Source of the DNA: Mytilus californianus
Taxonomy: Eukaryota
Assembly (NCBI RefSeq): GCF_021869535.1
Contig: NW_026262690.1
Coordinates: 83,204,001 to 83,268,000, forward strand
Direction of reading: 5' to 3'
DNA length: 64,000 nucleotides
A program made the position numbers and the translations under genes. This document shows positions 50,001-62,242 of the stretch, piece after piece (position 1 is the first letter of the stretch; every line of letters begins with the position of its first letter). The notes under the pieces were generated by a model, which had not been told where the DNA came from, made no database searches, and saw only the letters and a program-made list of their open reading frames with translations.

Positions 50001-53000
50001 TTTTTGTGTTTTAACGCCACTTTTAAGCACCGCTTTTGGGCTATTTCGTGGCGGCCAGTTTTTATTGGTGGAGGAAGCCGGAGTGCCCGGAGAAAACCAC
50101 CGACCTTCAATAGGAAAACTGACAATCCTAGTCAATTAAGATTGGAGTCGAGTGCACCCGCACGAGGGGGGTTCGAACTCACAACCTCAGTGTTGACTGG
50201 CTAGTGATTACAGTAGTAACTACTTAGACCACTCGGCCACCGAGGCCCCCTACTAAAACGGAGAGTAAATATATACAGTCCCTGCAGAGATTGCATAAAA
50301 ATATATTATTGATACTTGTGTATTGCAGCTTTGTTTACAGTGTGCTGTACACCTGGTGAAAAAGTTTCCAGATACAACCATGTTTTTCCTGTCCGAAATT
50401 GTGGAACTTTTAGAGACAACTGAAAGCGGTAAGTGGAGAATATTTGTAACTCATAGCAATCTGCAGAACACTAGGTAAAAAAGCTTACATAGCCATGTCC
50501 AACTTGTCAGAACTTATATGTAGGAGGCATAAACGTTTTGTGCAAAATGGACATATAAAATATTAGGGTAGACACATTCTGCACCCTTATAAACATGTCT
50601 TTTATGTTTAAATGGGTAATGGTCAGAAATGGGCTTAAATACAAATTGTGTTATTACTCTTATGTTCATATTAAATAAGATGAATAGATTAAACAGCATT
50701 CAAGATACATTTATTTCTGTATCACCGAGGAGATTAATAGGTTAATTAATGATTTATCATGGTATGTATATGAACAAAGGAAAAGTAAGGTAGACCTAAC
50801 AACACAATAAAACCAGAGTTATTGGCCACACTTTTTTGGTATTATCTGACTTTTTAGCTTGGTGAAGTTCAATATTTTTTGTGGACAGTTTTCAAGGAGG
50901 CAATGAATTTCGAATAAGATACTGATTGATTGTTTATTCCGCAATTTCATTTCAATATATTTTGTGCAGAAACTGAAGTATTTGAATGACGAAATTGCTA
51001 AAACTTTGAAATTCAATATCTAACATAATTTTTTTCAGAGGAACATGCTTTGATATTGTGTGAAGGATTAGCAGCCATTGGTTCAGAAAATCACATATAC
51101 ATACGAGAGATAATTCCCAACATTCTTTCACTGTTACAGAGTAGTGCCATTTGTCAAGAAGGTCAAGTTAAGGTAAGGCTATTCTTATAAGACCATGACT
51201 TCCTTCACTCTTCACAACTCTTAAATGGGTGATTAATTTTTTTTGGCTACAGCATGCAATGAGACAAATTTTTTGTAAATGACAGATGATCTGCAAAATA
51301 ATTTCTTATGTTTATAAAGGGGGTCAATTTCAGCCTAGAATCTCAGGTAAAACAAAAAATAACTTTAATGATAAATTGGGACTTACTATAAGCATATCTA
51401 TATATCAAACAATTAATTTCATAATTCAGAATTTCAAATTATAACCTCTGAACAGTTTAATCTTGATTCAGTAAATTGCCATATTTGCCCTTATTAATAC
51501 ATATATTATTTCCAATTTTTATTGCAGACCTACCTTGGGACTCTAATATTCCAAGCAGCAGGTAGTGAAACAATCCCAACAGAGATACAGAAACTGATTC
51601 TCAGAAATGGACATAAGTCACCATGGTTTATGTATAAACTGGCCAGACAGGCTATGAGATATGGACAGCATCCTGTTGCAGCTGACCTCTTCAATTCTCT
51701 CTCGCATCTGGTAAGTAAACTTACCAGTGAAAACATTGTTGCACAAATGAATCACTTTAAAATTAAGCTTTACTACTATGGATTTAGCTTCAAAGATTCC
51801 AGTTTTATGATTTGGAAGGAAAATGATAGCTACTGGATTATTCGTTTTATGGTTTGGTCATTTGATCTTGCTGAAAATTATTATTTCGTTCAACACTTTA
51901 ATTATGGTTTTCTGTTTCAATGAATTTAACACTAATAAATATTACATGAATAATTATTTTTCATCACTGCATCTGTTGTCCATCCATCATGAAGTTTTTG
52001 ATGTAAAATTCTCATTTGTTACACTTTGGATTCATTTATTTTTTTATGAGTACAAATTTTTGTGGATTAAGGAAAACTTGTATGGTCTGAAAAGCCTTTC
52101 TTCTAATGCTTGAAATATTGATTAGTAATGACATGAGGCAATGTTTTATAGCGGAATTTACAGGTCCAAATAAGTCCCATAATGTACCTTGTCCTTTCCC
52201 AAAAATAAATTTCTATTGTATGCTTATTTTCTTTTAAGGTTGCATCAGAACATCTCCATTTTTGGATGGTAGCTTTACAAGAAATTAGTGAAGGTGAAAG
52301 TTATCTGATGAAAGAGAAAGATGACAGTGGGATGACAAAGACACTATTATGTTATCAGAAATCTCTTTCTTCACTGAAGGTAAGCTTCCAGTTCTTAGAG
52401 AAGAAATTTATTGTAACACTTGCCTAATAATAAAGATATTAAACAATCTGTTTTTCACAAACATTTATAATAATTTTATAACATTTTCTTTTGGAAAACT
52501 ATGTATGGAGATGTTCTGATGCAACCTAAAAAGAAAATAAGCATACAATAGAAATTTATTTTTGGGAAAGGACAAGGTACATTATGGGACTTATTTGGAC
52601 CTGTAAATTCCCATATAAAACATTGCCTCATATCATTACAAGTTTGATTGTAATTACTATCATCTCAGACTATCATACACTGCAATGTAGGCTTTGATAT
52701 TTTGGTTGATTATATTAGATATTCAAGTTAGTAAACAGAAAATATTTAGCCCAGAATTTTATATGACACGAAAAATAAACATCATGAATCACACTAAGTG
52801 AATATGTACCTTGTTTTGTGTCCATAAGTAGTACCTTTAAGTAAAATTCCTCAAGTATATGCAATTATTTTTACAGGCTGCTTCCACACAAGTGTTCCCG
52901 ATGCAGTTTCAAACAGATCTAGTCCATCTTAGAATAGAACTCCTCCAGGCTCTGACTCAACTGATACAGACCTGTAATACATTCAGGACATGTCCTCCAC

Positions 53001-56000
53001 CTGCCATAGCTACAGCATTAGCACTAACTAATGGTCAAGAAATATCACGCTGTGGTCAGATATTGTCACAGGTAGGTCAAAGTAGTTGGTGCATACCGGT
53101 ATGTATTTTTCAGACGTTAACATAATGATAATTATTAATATTTTAGGTTTAGTGTGTTTATGCAGTTGTGACATTTGAACTAGAAATTCAACTCATTTTA
53201 TATTTGTACAGTACAGAAATTGTCAGTCAAATTTTCTCACCAAGAGAAAATATTTGACATAAAGTTCAAGAAGGACCGTTCTTAAGATCAACAGTTAAAA
53301 AATTAGTTCAGTTATATAGTGCTTCTTCTCTTTTCACAAATAACAAGTGACATTTGAGTATAACTGATGACCAAATTTAAATAGAAGCTTTTTTAGCTCA
53401 CCTGGCCCAAAGGGCCAAGTGAGCTTTTCTCATCACTTGGCGTCTGTTGTCCGTCGTCGTTACATTTTGAACTTCTTCTAGTGAACCACTGAATGGAATG
53501 AAACAAAACATGGCATGAATGTTCCTTATGAGGTGCTGACCAAGTGTTGTTACTTTGCAGTCGGTCCATCATCCAAGATGGCCACCAGCGGGGGACTTAG
53601 TTTAACATAGGACCCTATGGGAAATACATACAAATGTCTTCTTTTAGAGAACCATATGAATGGAATGAAACCAAACATGGCATGAATGTTCCTTATGAGG
53701 TGCTGACCAAGTGTTGTTACTTTGCAGTCAACCCATTATCCAAGATGGCCGCCAGCGGGTAACTTAGTTTAACATAGGACCCTATGGGAAATACATGCAA
53801 ATGTCTTCTTTTAGAGAACCAGTGAATGGAATGAAACCAAACATGGCATGAATGTTCCTTATGAGGTGCTGACCAAGTGTTGTTACTTTGTAGCCGATCC
53901 ATCGTCCAAGATGGCCGCCAGGGGGGGACTTAGTTTAACATAGGACCCTATGGGAAATACATACAAATGTCTTCTTTTAGAGAACCACTGAATGGAATGA
54001 AACAAAACATGGCATGAATGTTCCTTATGAGGTGCTGACCATGTGTTGTTACTTTGCAGTCGGTCCATCATCCAAGATGGCCGCCAGCGGGGGACTTAGT
54101 TTAACATAGGACCCTAAGGGAAATACATACAAATGTCTTCTTTTACCGAACATGTGAATGGAATGGAACCAAACATGGCATGAATGTTCCTTATGAGGTG
54201 CTGACCAAGTGTTGTTACTTTGCAGTCGGTCAATCATCCAAGATGTTCACCGGGTGGGGACTTAGTTTAACATAGGACCCTAAGGGAATTACATACAAAT
54301 GTCTTCTTTTAGAGAACCACAGAATGGAATGGAACCAAACATGGCATGAATGTTCCTTATGAGGTGTTGACCAAGTGTTGTTACTTTGCAGTCGTTCAAT
54401 CATCCAAGATGGCCGCCAGCGGGGGACTTAGTTTAACATAGGACCCTATGGGAAATACATACAAATGTCTTCTTTTAGAGAACCAGTGAATGGAATGAAA
54501 CCAAACATGGCATGAATGTTCCTCCTTATGAGATGCTGACCAAGTGTTGTTACATTGCAGCCGATCCATCATCCAAGATGGCCGCCAGCGGAGGACTTAG
54601 TTTAACTTAGGACCCTATGGGAAATACATACAAATGTCTTCTTTTAGAGAACCACTGAATGGAATGAAACAAAACATGGCATGAATGTTCTTTATGAGGT
54701 GCTGACCAAGTGTTGTTACTTTGCAGTCGGTCCATCATCCAAGATGGCCGCCAGCGGGGGACTTAGTTTAACATAGGACCCTATGGGAAATACATACAAA
54801 TGTCTTCTTTTGGTATAAAACCACTAATTCATAGCCCCATTGCTTTCTATGTTAAATTCTGCAATTTCAAGCATAAATGGCTACTTTATCTTAATTTCAA
54901 ATAAAGTGGCAGTTATTTCATGTCTAAACTGTACCTTATGCTGACTTGTGCTGAAAAAATCAACATACCTTTAATTGCATATTAGAGCGTACTGGTTCCC
55001 GGAAGTTTGATAGTACAAAAACAGGAACTTCTGATCTGAACAACAGGCCAAATGAGCCCTCCTATTAAAATTTCCTATACTTCTTTATTATTCAAATAAA
55101 ACTTTCAACAAGGGTTCTACAGTGACCCCAAGTCCCCAACCTTTCATTCGATACTAAAACTACCCAAATATTTCCACTATTGACAAAGATGCAGCTATGC
55201 GTAGGAACTATTTTGTTTAAAATATGTACTACTTTCTTGTATGTTCTTTCCGACCGGGCCTGAATTAGTAGTTCTATACCTATAACAGCACCAACTTTGT
55301 TATATTGACTTCTGCTTGACTTTATTTCCTTCTATGATCTATTTTTAGCATAGAAAAACACATAAAGCTTTTGTCAAAACACTATATCACTGGATTCAAG
55401 CTCAAATTGAACTGGTATTAACATATGCGTTAAACAAAGAAAACTACATATGGATACTAATAGTGACAGATATGACACTTTTTCAATTTTTACCAGTTCT
55501 GATTTGTTAATATCTACTCAAATAACAGTGTTCTTACTTATATGTCTTATTTTTATCAGAGATTCTTCCTTGAATATAAATACAGTGGTCCAAACATAAA
55601 ATATAATTGATAATTTTGTCCCCCCTTTTTTCTACATGTTGGAAAAGGAGAGTGATTTGGTAAAAAAAAACATACTTTTATGTATAAACATGGATCAACA
55701 AGAGCAATTTATGTATCTCCAAGCTAGACAATTTGCTAAAATGGTCTTAAAATGCATTTCAAGTGAGATTTTGGAATTCCTATATAAGTATACACCAATA
55801 ATCCTTGAAATAAATAATTCACCAAGAAACACAATAAAAAATGAACACTCACTATATAATATGACCAAAAACAATATTTATACTATAAACTAGTCATAAT
55901 ATACAAGTTTCATTGGTTTCAGTGTTAGATAATCCAAAAATTTAAATTTCAGGTAAAATCTTAACTGTGTGCATGCTAAATGACCAAAAAAGGCTAAAAT

Positions 56001-59000
56001 ACCTTCTTGTAGTAATTTGAGGGCTGTAATTTGACACTAAAATAATTGTTACATAAAAAAAATAATGTAACATGATTTCTGACAACAAATGTGACCAATT
56101 TTCACTGTAAAGGGTATGATTTCTAAAAATAGAATTTCACATGCCTGTCAGTAATAGGTATAAAACCACTAATTCATAGCCCCATTGCTTTCTATGTTAA
56201 ATTCTGCAATTTCAAGCATAAATGGCTACTTTATCTTAATTTCAAATAAAGTGGCAGTTATTTCATGTCTAAACTGTACCTTATGCTGACTTGTGCTGAA
56301 AAAATCAACATACCTTTAATTGCATATTAGAGCGTACTGGTTCCCGGAAGTTTGATAGTACAAAAACAGGAACTTCTGATCTGAACAACAGGCCAAATGA
56401 GCCCTCCTATTAAAATTTCCTATACTTCTTTATTATTCAAATAAAACTTTCAACAAGGGTTCTACAGTGACCCCAAGTCCCCAACCTTTCATTCATTAGT
56501 AAAACTACCCAAATATTTCCACTATTGACAAAGATGCAGCTATGCGTAGGAACTATTTTGTTTAAAATATGTACTACTTTCTTGTATGTTCTTTCCGACC
56601 GGGCCTGAATTAGTGGTTCTATACCTTTTACAGAACCACTGAATGGAATGAAACAAAACATGGCATGAATGTTCCTTATGAGGTGCTGACCAAGTGTTGT
56701 TACTTTGCAGTCGTTCAATCATCCAAGATGGCCGCCAGCGAGGGACTTAGTTTAACATAGGACCCTATGGGAAATACATACAAATGTCTTCTTTTAGAGA
56801 ACCAGTGAATGGAATGAAACCAAAGGTGGCATGAATGTTCCTTATGAGATGCTGACCAAGTGTTGTTACATTGCAGCCGATCCATCATCCAAGATGGCCA
56901 CCTGGAGGGACTTAGTTTAACATAGGACCCTACGGGAAATACAAACAAATGTCTTCTTTTAGAGTACCACTGAATGGAATGAAACCAAACATGGCATGAA
57001 TGTTCCTTATGAGGTGCTGACCAAGTGTTGCTTCTTTGTTGCCAATTTACTGTTCAAGATGGCCACCAGGATATTTTATTGAATAACAGGACCAATATTA
57101 AACCAAATTTGGCCTCAAACATTATTTGGGTATCTGTTATGATTTTTATCTATCTTTACATGATTTCTAAAACCAAAGTAGAGTCAGGTGAGCGACACAG
57201 GCTCTTGAGAGCCTCTAGTTTGTGAAAAGAGTCACTTGAATGTAAAATTGTAATATTTTGTCTTCAGAAATTTCAATTGTCAATAAATTCTACCAATACA
57301 TGGTAAAATATTTAAATGTGTGTGATAAAATTTGAACATATATTGAATTGAAGTCTGATTAGAAAAAAATAATATTCTGTATGCATTTTATATTTCAGTT
57401 AACAAAGTGTATGAAAGATTTTGAAAATCTAAAACAGAAATTTGGAGATTTGTATTTAACTTGTTTTGATGCTGACCCACAGACTTTATATACAGTGACA
57501 CAGTATCCTTTAGAGTAACCAATCATGAAGAACTTGATATATGTCATAGAGAGTTTTATCACAGTAGCCAATCACAGCAGGCATTACATATATCAAGATT
57601 TAATTAAATGCAATGGAAAGAGGCATCTATGATACCTAGTTTGTTGCTATATTAAGTTGAAAGTTTGAGATCTGCCCCAAATTATTTCCTCGTTTGGAAG
57701 ATTATTTAGTATCATCATTTTTTAGGCATTACTTCTCATCACTTTTCTTCTATTTGTTAATTTTAGCAACATTTGTAAATGTAACAAAAGTGTTAAATTA
57801 GCTAAAATTGATGAAAAATAAATGTATGAGCTGAAACAAAATACCAAATTGCACCTGACTATGTACAATGATGTAAACATAGTTTTCAAATATTTGATGA
57901 AAAAAACACTTTTGTTAAAACTGAAATAAACAACCATTTGGCAATTTTGGGAGATTTGTAAAATTTAAGAAAGTTCTATAGATAACTTTTGGTAAAAAAA
58001 AATGACTTTGAATTTAAATGTTTTAGATCTGCATATTGGTATCAACTTTATATAGGAGACTGTGATAATTACTTTTTCTTAACCAATTATAAAGATTACA
58101 GTATTGTTGTGAAGTAATGAAGGCTGGAGTATCAGCAGTTATAACAACAGATAACTCCAGGTAAGTGGAAGAGTTTAGTTCAGGGTTAAATTCATGTAAT
58201 ACAAATACATCATTGAAAATCAGAATAAAGGGAGATCTGGGGTACATGTCAAGTAGACTGCAAGTAATCAAAGTATTAAATCCAAACGACGTCTAGACAT
58301 ATTGTCTAAAATGAGAGATATGTGTCTATACAATATTTCAAGCTCTAGATGAGGATTTCCAAAATCTGTGATCATTCATCGATATGATTGATACAAAACA
58401 GGAATATACACTGATGAAGTTGGACATTCATATTAACTTGTGGAAGAGTTAAAAGAAATTTTTGAGTTTTGACATCTCTCCCTCTTTGTATTTATGAGGA
58501 ATATGACGAAAGGTATCGAGATAAACACGCAATAAAAATCAATTTAGAACATTCACTTAACTCAGTAATGGAGGTATGACAGATACAAAATTACAACCAC
58601 CAAGCTACAAGGAAAACATACTAGATATTACCATAAGTATTCTTGGCACTTGACTAAACGCTAACCAAGGGTTTTAATGTGCCGTTTAACAAAATACCTG
58701 CCTTCAGTGTGAAATTCCCAGAACCTTAACTGTATCACATATGATAACATTTGTAATTTCAGGTTGTTCCCTGTGTCCAGTGAGAATAGTGATGTCCTGT
58801 CAGTAACACTAGTTACCATACAGAAAGATCTGAACCATATACTCAAAACTAATAGCCAAGCTTTAACTCATGAGGTAGGACAACATTGTTGGTTGATAAG
58901 CAGAAAAACTATTAAAAAGCAAAACTATTTATATCTGTTTAAGATGAGCCTTCGTTTCAATTTCTGTCATCAAAATTTGCAGTACATGGCTTTAATGTCT

Positions 59001-61872
59001 TCTTTTGAACATAATTATGTCTCATTGCATAGGGACCCTATATATCCGACATATATTCTTGTAAATTTTAATTCCTTTTGTTCTATTTGGACTCTAATGA
59101 AATAAACACTTTATAAATTTTATGTGTCTGAACTAAACATTTGAAAGCCAGGATGCGTAAATATGCTTCAACTTTTGGAGCTATAGGACTAAAAATGACC
59201 TAAACAGAAAAACAAATTCATCCAAGGTCAACTTTGCCTGTCAGAGGGAATTTGAACTTTGTTTCTTAATAGTTGCTTGACAGAATATTACAGTATTATA
59301 TTTCATTATTTAAAAATCAATTACTGCATTATTTATTCTATCAAAATGTTTGACAGTCAATGTGTTGTTTTGTATGTTTATATTTGTAAAAATATGAGCC
59401 CCTCTTTTACAGCACATGGATTTCCTATGTAAAAGCGTACAGAGTTTGTTACAAGTACCATTTAGATACCCACGATATTTCTTCCAGAGTATACAAACAA
59501 CAAAACTTAATGTAAGTTGAATTTTTCATTCAAATGTATTTGCTTTTAGCTAACCTGGCCCAAAGGGCCAAGTGAGCTTTTCTCATCATTTGGCGTCCGT
59601 TGTCGTCTGTTAAGTTTTACAAAAATTTACTCCTCTGAAACTACTGGGCGAAATTTTACTAAACTGGGCCACAATCATCATTGGGGTATCTAGTTTAAAA
59701 AAGGTGTCCGATGACCCCCCTTGCCAACCAAGATGGCTGACATGGCTAAAAATAGAACATAGGTGTAAAATGCAAGTTTTGTCTATATTTTTGAAAACAC
59801 CGTTTTAAATAGCAAAAATCTGACAGGAGCAAAAATGTTCAGAATGTTGAGCTCTACCAATTGTTCATATATGTCCAAACTGTCAGACTGCCCTTAAATG
59901 ACAAATTTTACCATCTTTTTTCATTTTTGCCTATTATCTTGAAAAATATAATAAATAGATAGAAACTTTAAACTGCAAAATTGATCAGCAAGACAAGTTC
60001 TACAAATAAGTCCACATGGTCGCAATCGTCAGTCCACTTCTTATTGGAGTTATTGCCCTTTGATGACAATTTTTACCAATTGTTTGCGTTTTTGCCTTAT
60101 ATATTAAAAATTATAATAGATAGATAGAAACTTAAATAAGCAAAAATGATCAGCAAGACAAGATCTACTATTAAGACAATATGGAGGAAATCGTTCGACT
60201 CCTTATTGGAGTTATTGCCCTTTTATGATGATTTATACCTTTTTTTTTTGGCGTTTTGTCTTATATGGTAAAAATTATAATAGATAAATAGACACTTTAA
60301 ATAAAAAAAAATTATCAGCAAGGCAAGATCTACCAACAAGTCAAATTTTGCTGATTTAGTTAGTAGACTGTCAATAAAAAAAACTGGTTTTTGTCATGAA
60401 TTCTATTCTGGTTTACAATGCTGGAGAGTGTCCTTTGTTGAATATGCATAGACCAAGGTGAGCAACATAGGCTCTTTAGAGCCTCATGTTAGAATTTTTT
60501 TACAATAATACATGGTTTGTCTGTTTAGGCTTGTTATTCAGCTTAATTGGTCTTAAGGGTAAGTGTGATTATTTTCACCACTTTGCATCCATCATGAGTT
60601 TTTTTTTTACTAATTCAAATATGTTAACCTGTTTGCAAATATACTATTTTGATAAAAAATTAACCAAGGAATAAAGAATATATCACTTATACAAAGTTTC
60701 AATCATGAGATGTGGCCAGTTGAAATTTTTTTTCTTTTAATTTGCTTACATTTTCAAAAATGTCATAGATCTTCATAGATAAGATCTTGAATTTTATGTG
60801 TGTGAAATATAAGTTTTCATTTGTATTTCTGTGTTCTTACAGTTAGCCGTTACACCCCAGCAGAACATGAGAATGGAGCCATTACTTGTACATCATAACA
60901 CTTTATTTACTCTGAAAGTTGAAGGGGTGATTGAACACAAGCAACAGATGTTTAGACAAGTTAGTCAAATCTGTATAGCTGTAAACACAGAAATTACTAG
61001 CCAACAACATAATACAGACACAAAGGTAAAGCGTTATAGAACACAAGCAACAGATGTTTAGACAAGTTAGTCAAATCTGTATAGCTGTAAACACAGAAAT
61101 TACTTACCAACAACATAATACAGACACAAAGGTAAAGTATTATAGAACACAAGCAACAGATGTTTAGACAAGTTAGTCAAATCTGTATAGCTGTTAACAC
61201 TGAAATAACTAACCAACAACATAATACAGACACAAAGGTAAAGTATTATAGAACACAAGCAACAGATGTTTACATAATCTAACTTATGATATGATTTCCA
61301 TGTTCAAAACATTCGTTTCTTATGTAACCTTCAATAGGTATGCTCAAGATCAAAATTGTAGTAGGTCTAATTTATAATAGGTTTCAGATCTTTAGGGATA
61401 TGGTTAGAATTCTTCAGTGAAAGTATCCAAGATGCAAAGCCTCGGGTGTAATCAGGATGATGAGACCTACATTTCATGGTTCAGTAATTGGTTAAATGTT
61501 TGGCTTCAGTTTAGGATTAGTATGGTATAATATGAAACTTTCATGCTATATAATAATTACACAAAATTTGTATGTCAAAAGTGATAAAGTGTCAACCTTC
61601 TGTCTTACTTTTGATCTTTTCAGGTCAAGGATCCAAACAGAAGTTATGAAGAAACAGTTCGACCACATAAAGACTATTTCTCCTGTAGTTTTCTGTTATC
61701 ATTTCCTGTTGCTGGACTTTACAGTGTACAAATCAGAGGTTTAGTTTTAGATGACGCTGGAACAAAATGGAATACAGGACCTCAGTTTACAATGACCTTT
61801 AAATCATATGACGATACAATTCATAGAAAGCCTAAAACAGTAGTAAGCAGAACTTCATTTGGACAGATGTAG
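41078..61872 (+). CDS. INTS7: Integrator complex subunit 7, 933 aa, 20 coding exons, complete
   Basis: Exons 41078-41171, 42467-42596, 42849-42995, 43373-43510, 44072-44201, 44891-45130, 45335-45449, 49188-49313, 49662-49777, 50329-50428, 51039-51172, 51528-51710, 52239-52379, 52877-53071, 57399-57502, 58095-58160, 58763-58874, 59413-59511, 60843-61025 and 61624-61872 total 2802 nt with consistent phases. Motifs ELDKGLRS, KYPFPILIN, HLEKILNIDEFV, TPVDLKLQLIPILQHM, VASEHLHFW, PPPAIAT, FDAD, LKVEGVI match INTS7. Confidence 0.96.
43542..43758. mobile_element. Small MITE (tactgtggattcatt-type termini)
   Basis: tgctgtgattcatt ... aatgaatccacagta. Partial relatives at ~32340-32425 and ~52025-52075. 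Confidence 0.55.
45689..48866 (+). mobile_element. HINE-like element family C, interrupted by a 2.66-kb insertion
   Basis: 5' ttttatgcccc..ggggcat hairpin and (gtcc/gtct)n microsatellite, internal ~200-bp repeat, and 3' ggggcatcc plus gtgt..ggacac hairpin. Confidence 0.75.
45857..48512. mobile_element. Non-autonomous DNA element with TA duplication, 6-bp TIRs (CAGTAC/GTACTG) and an internal ~324-bp tandem duplication
   Basis: Removing the element and one TA restores gaaactTAgtacacatgttccc, matching the sister repeat at 48723. Internal direct repeat 46179-46502 / 46503-46803. Confidence 0.75.
49987..50250 (-). mobile_element. tRNA-derived SINE
   Basis: Minus-strand head ggggcctcggtggccgagtggtctaag (A box), gttcgaaccc (B box) and (aatc/aaatc)n tail. 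Confidence 0.8.
52125..52639. repeat. 135-bp inverted duplication (52125-52259 vs 52505-52639) spanning the INTS7 exon 13 acceptor
   Basis: The right arm is the reverse complement of the end of intron 12 plus the first 21 nt of exon 13, with 4 mismatches seen by eye. Confidence 0.92.
53389..57220 (+). mobile_element. HINE-like family A element carrying a ~166-bp satellite array (about 10.6 units), interrupted at 54812-56625
   Basis: 5' ttttttagctcacctggcccaaagggccaagtgagc plus (gtc)n; 3' caggtgagcgacacaggctcttgagagcctctagtt. Unit starts at 53483, 53649, 53816, 53982, 54148, 54314, 54480, 54649, 56633, 56799 and 56964. Confidence 0.88.
54812..56625. mobile_element. Non-autonomous composite element: two 469-bp direct repeats, each with its own ~19-bp TIRs, around an 876-bp core (KolobokP-like)
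   Basis: Repeats 54812-55280 and 56157-56625 both start ggtataaaaccactaattc and end gaattagt(a/g)gttctatacc. Outer flanks are TTTT/TTTT inside a satellite monomer. Confidence 0.8.
57503..58094 (+). other. INTS7: U12-type (minor spliceosome) GT-AG intron, INTS7 intron 15
   Basis: 5' splice site GTATCCTTT (57503-57511), branch site TTTCTTAAC (58075-58083) about 12 nt from the AG, and no polypyrimidine tract. The flanking exons join in frame (phase 2). Confidence 0.88.
59544..60490 (+). mobile_element. HINE-like family A element (complete ends, degenerate internal repeats)
   Basis: ttttagctaacctggcccaaagggccaagtgagc 5' end and ggtgagcaacataggctctttagagcctcatgtt 3' end. Confidence 0.75.
60933..61271 (+). 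repeat. 106-bp tandem triplication of the INTS7 exon 19 3' end and its splice donor
   Basis: Units start at 60933, 61039, 61145 and 61251 (partial). GTAAAG donors at 61026, 61132 and 61238. Confidence 0.92.
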
Positions 61873-62242
61873 GGCTTCATTATGGAAATATGTATTAAAA
61901 AATCATTGGACAGTTACAATCAGAAATATTAAGTGCCAACCAAATGTGTATATTGTCTGTCTGCTTCGTGCATGTGCACACTTTAAAAGCCGAGTGAATT
62001 TCTTTTGATATGAATTGATATCGCCATTTTCAATAGATTACAAATTAAAAATTGTTACACAGGAAATAGACATGACTGACAAGAAACAAATGATTCACAG
62101 GCAACAATTGATGTATAAGCTCCATGCAGTCATCCAGTAAAATTGTGGATATTGCCTCCAAGGAGAAGTTTAAGCTCTTGCTTATTACAAGAACTTAATC
62201 ATTAGTACTCTTAAGGTAGTTTGTTATGTAATAACAATAAAC

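Noticed and set aside
55636-55893. 85-aa ORF in the core of the composite element as a transposase or His-Me nuclease remnant
   Set aside because: No DDE or His-Me finger motif could be recognised in any frame.
53717-56948. Repeated ORFs MDRLQSNNTWSAPHKEHSCHVWFHSIH on the minus strand
   Set aside because: They are translations of the 166-bp satellite monomers.
53483-57065. CRISPR-like appearance of regularly spaced repeats (also 12842-14560)
   Set aside because: Units are contiguous with no unique spacers, the context is eukaryotic and no cas genes are present.
652-61623. Intron-encoded snoRNAs or tRNA genes in eIF4A3 and INTS7 introns
   Set aside because: No convincing C/D or H/ACA box pair with terminal stem was seen, and the tRNA-like segments are SINE heads. 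A covariance-model scan would be needed to exclude them properly.
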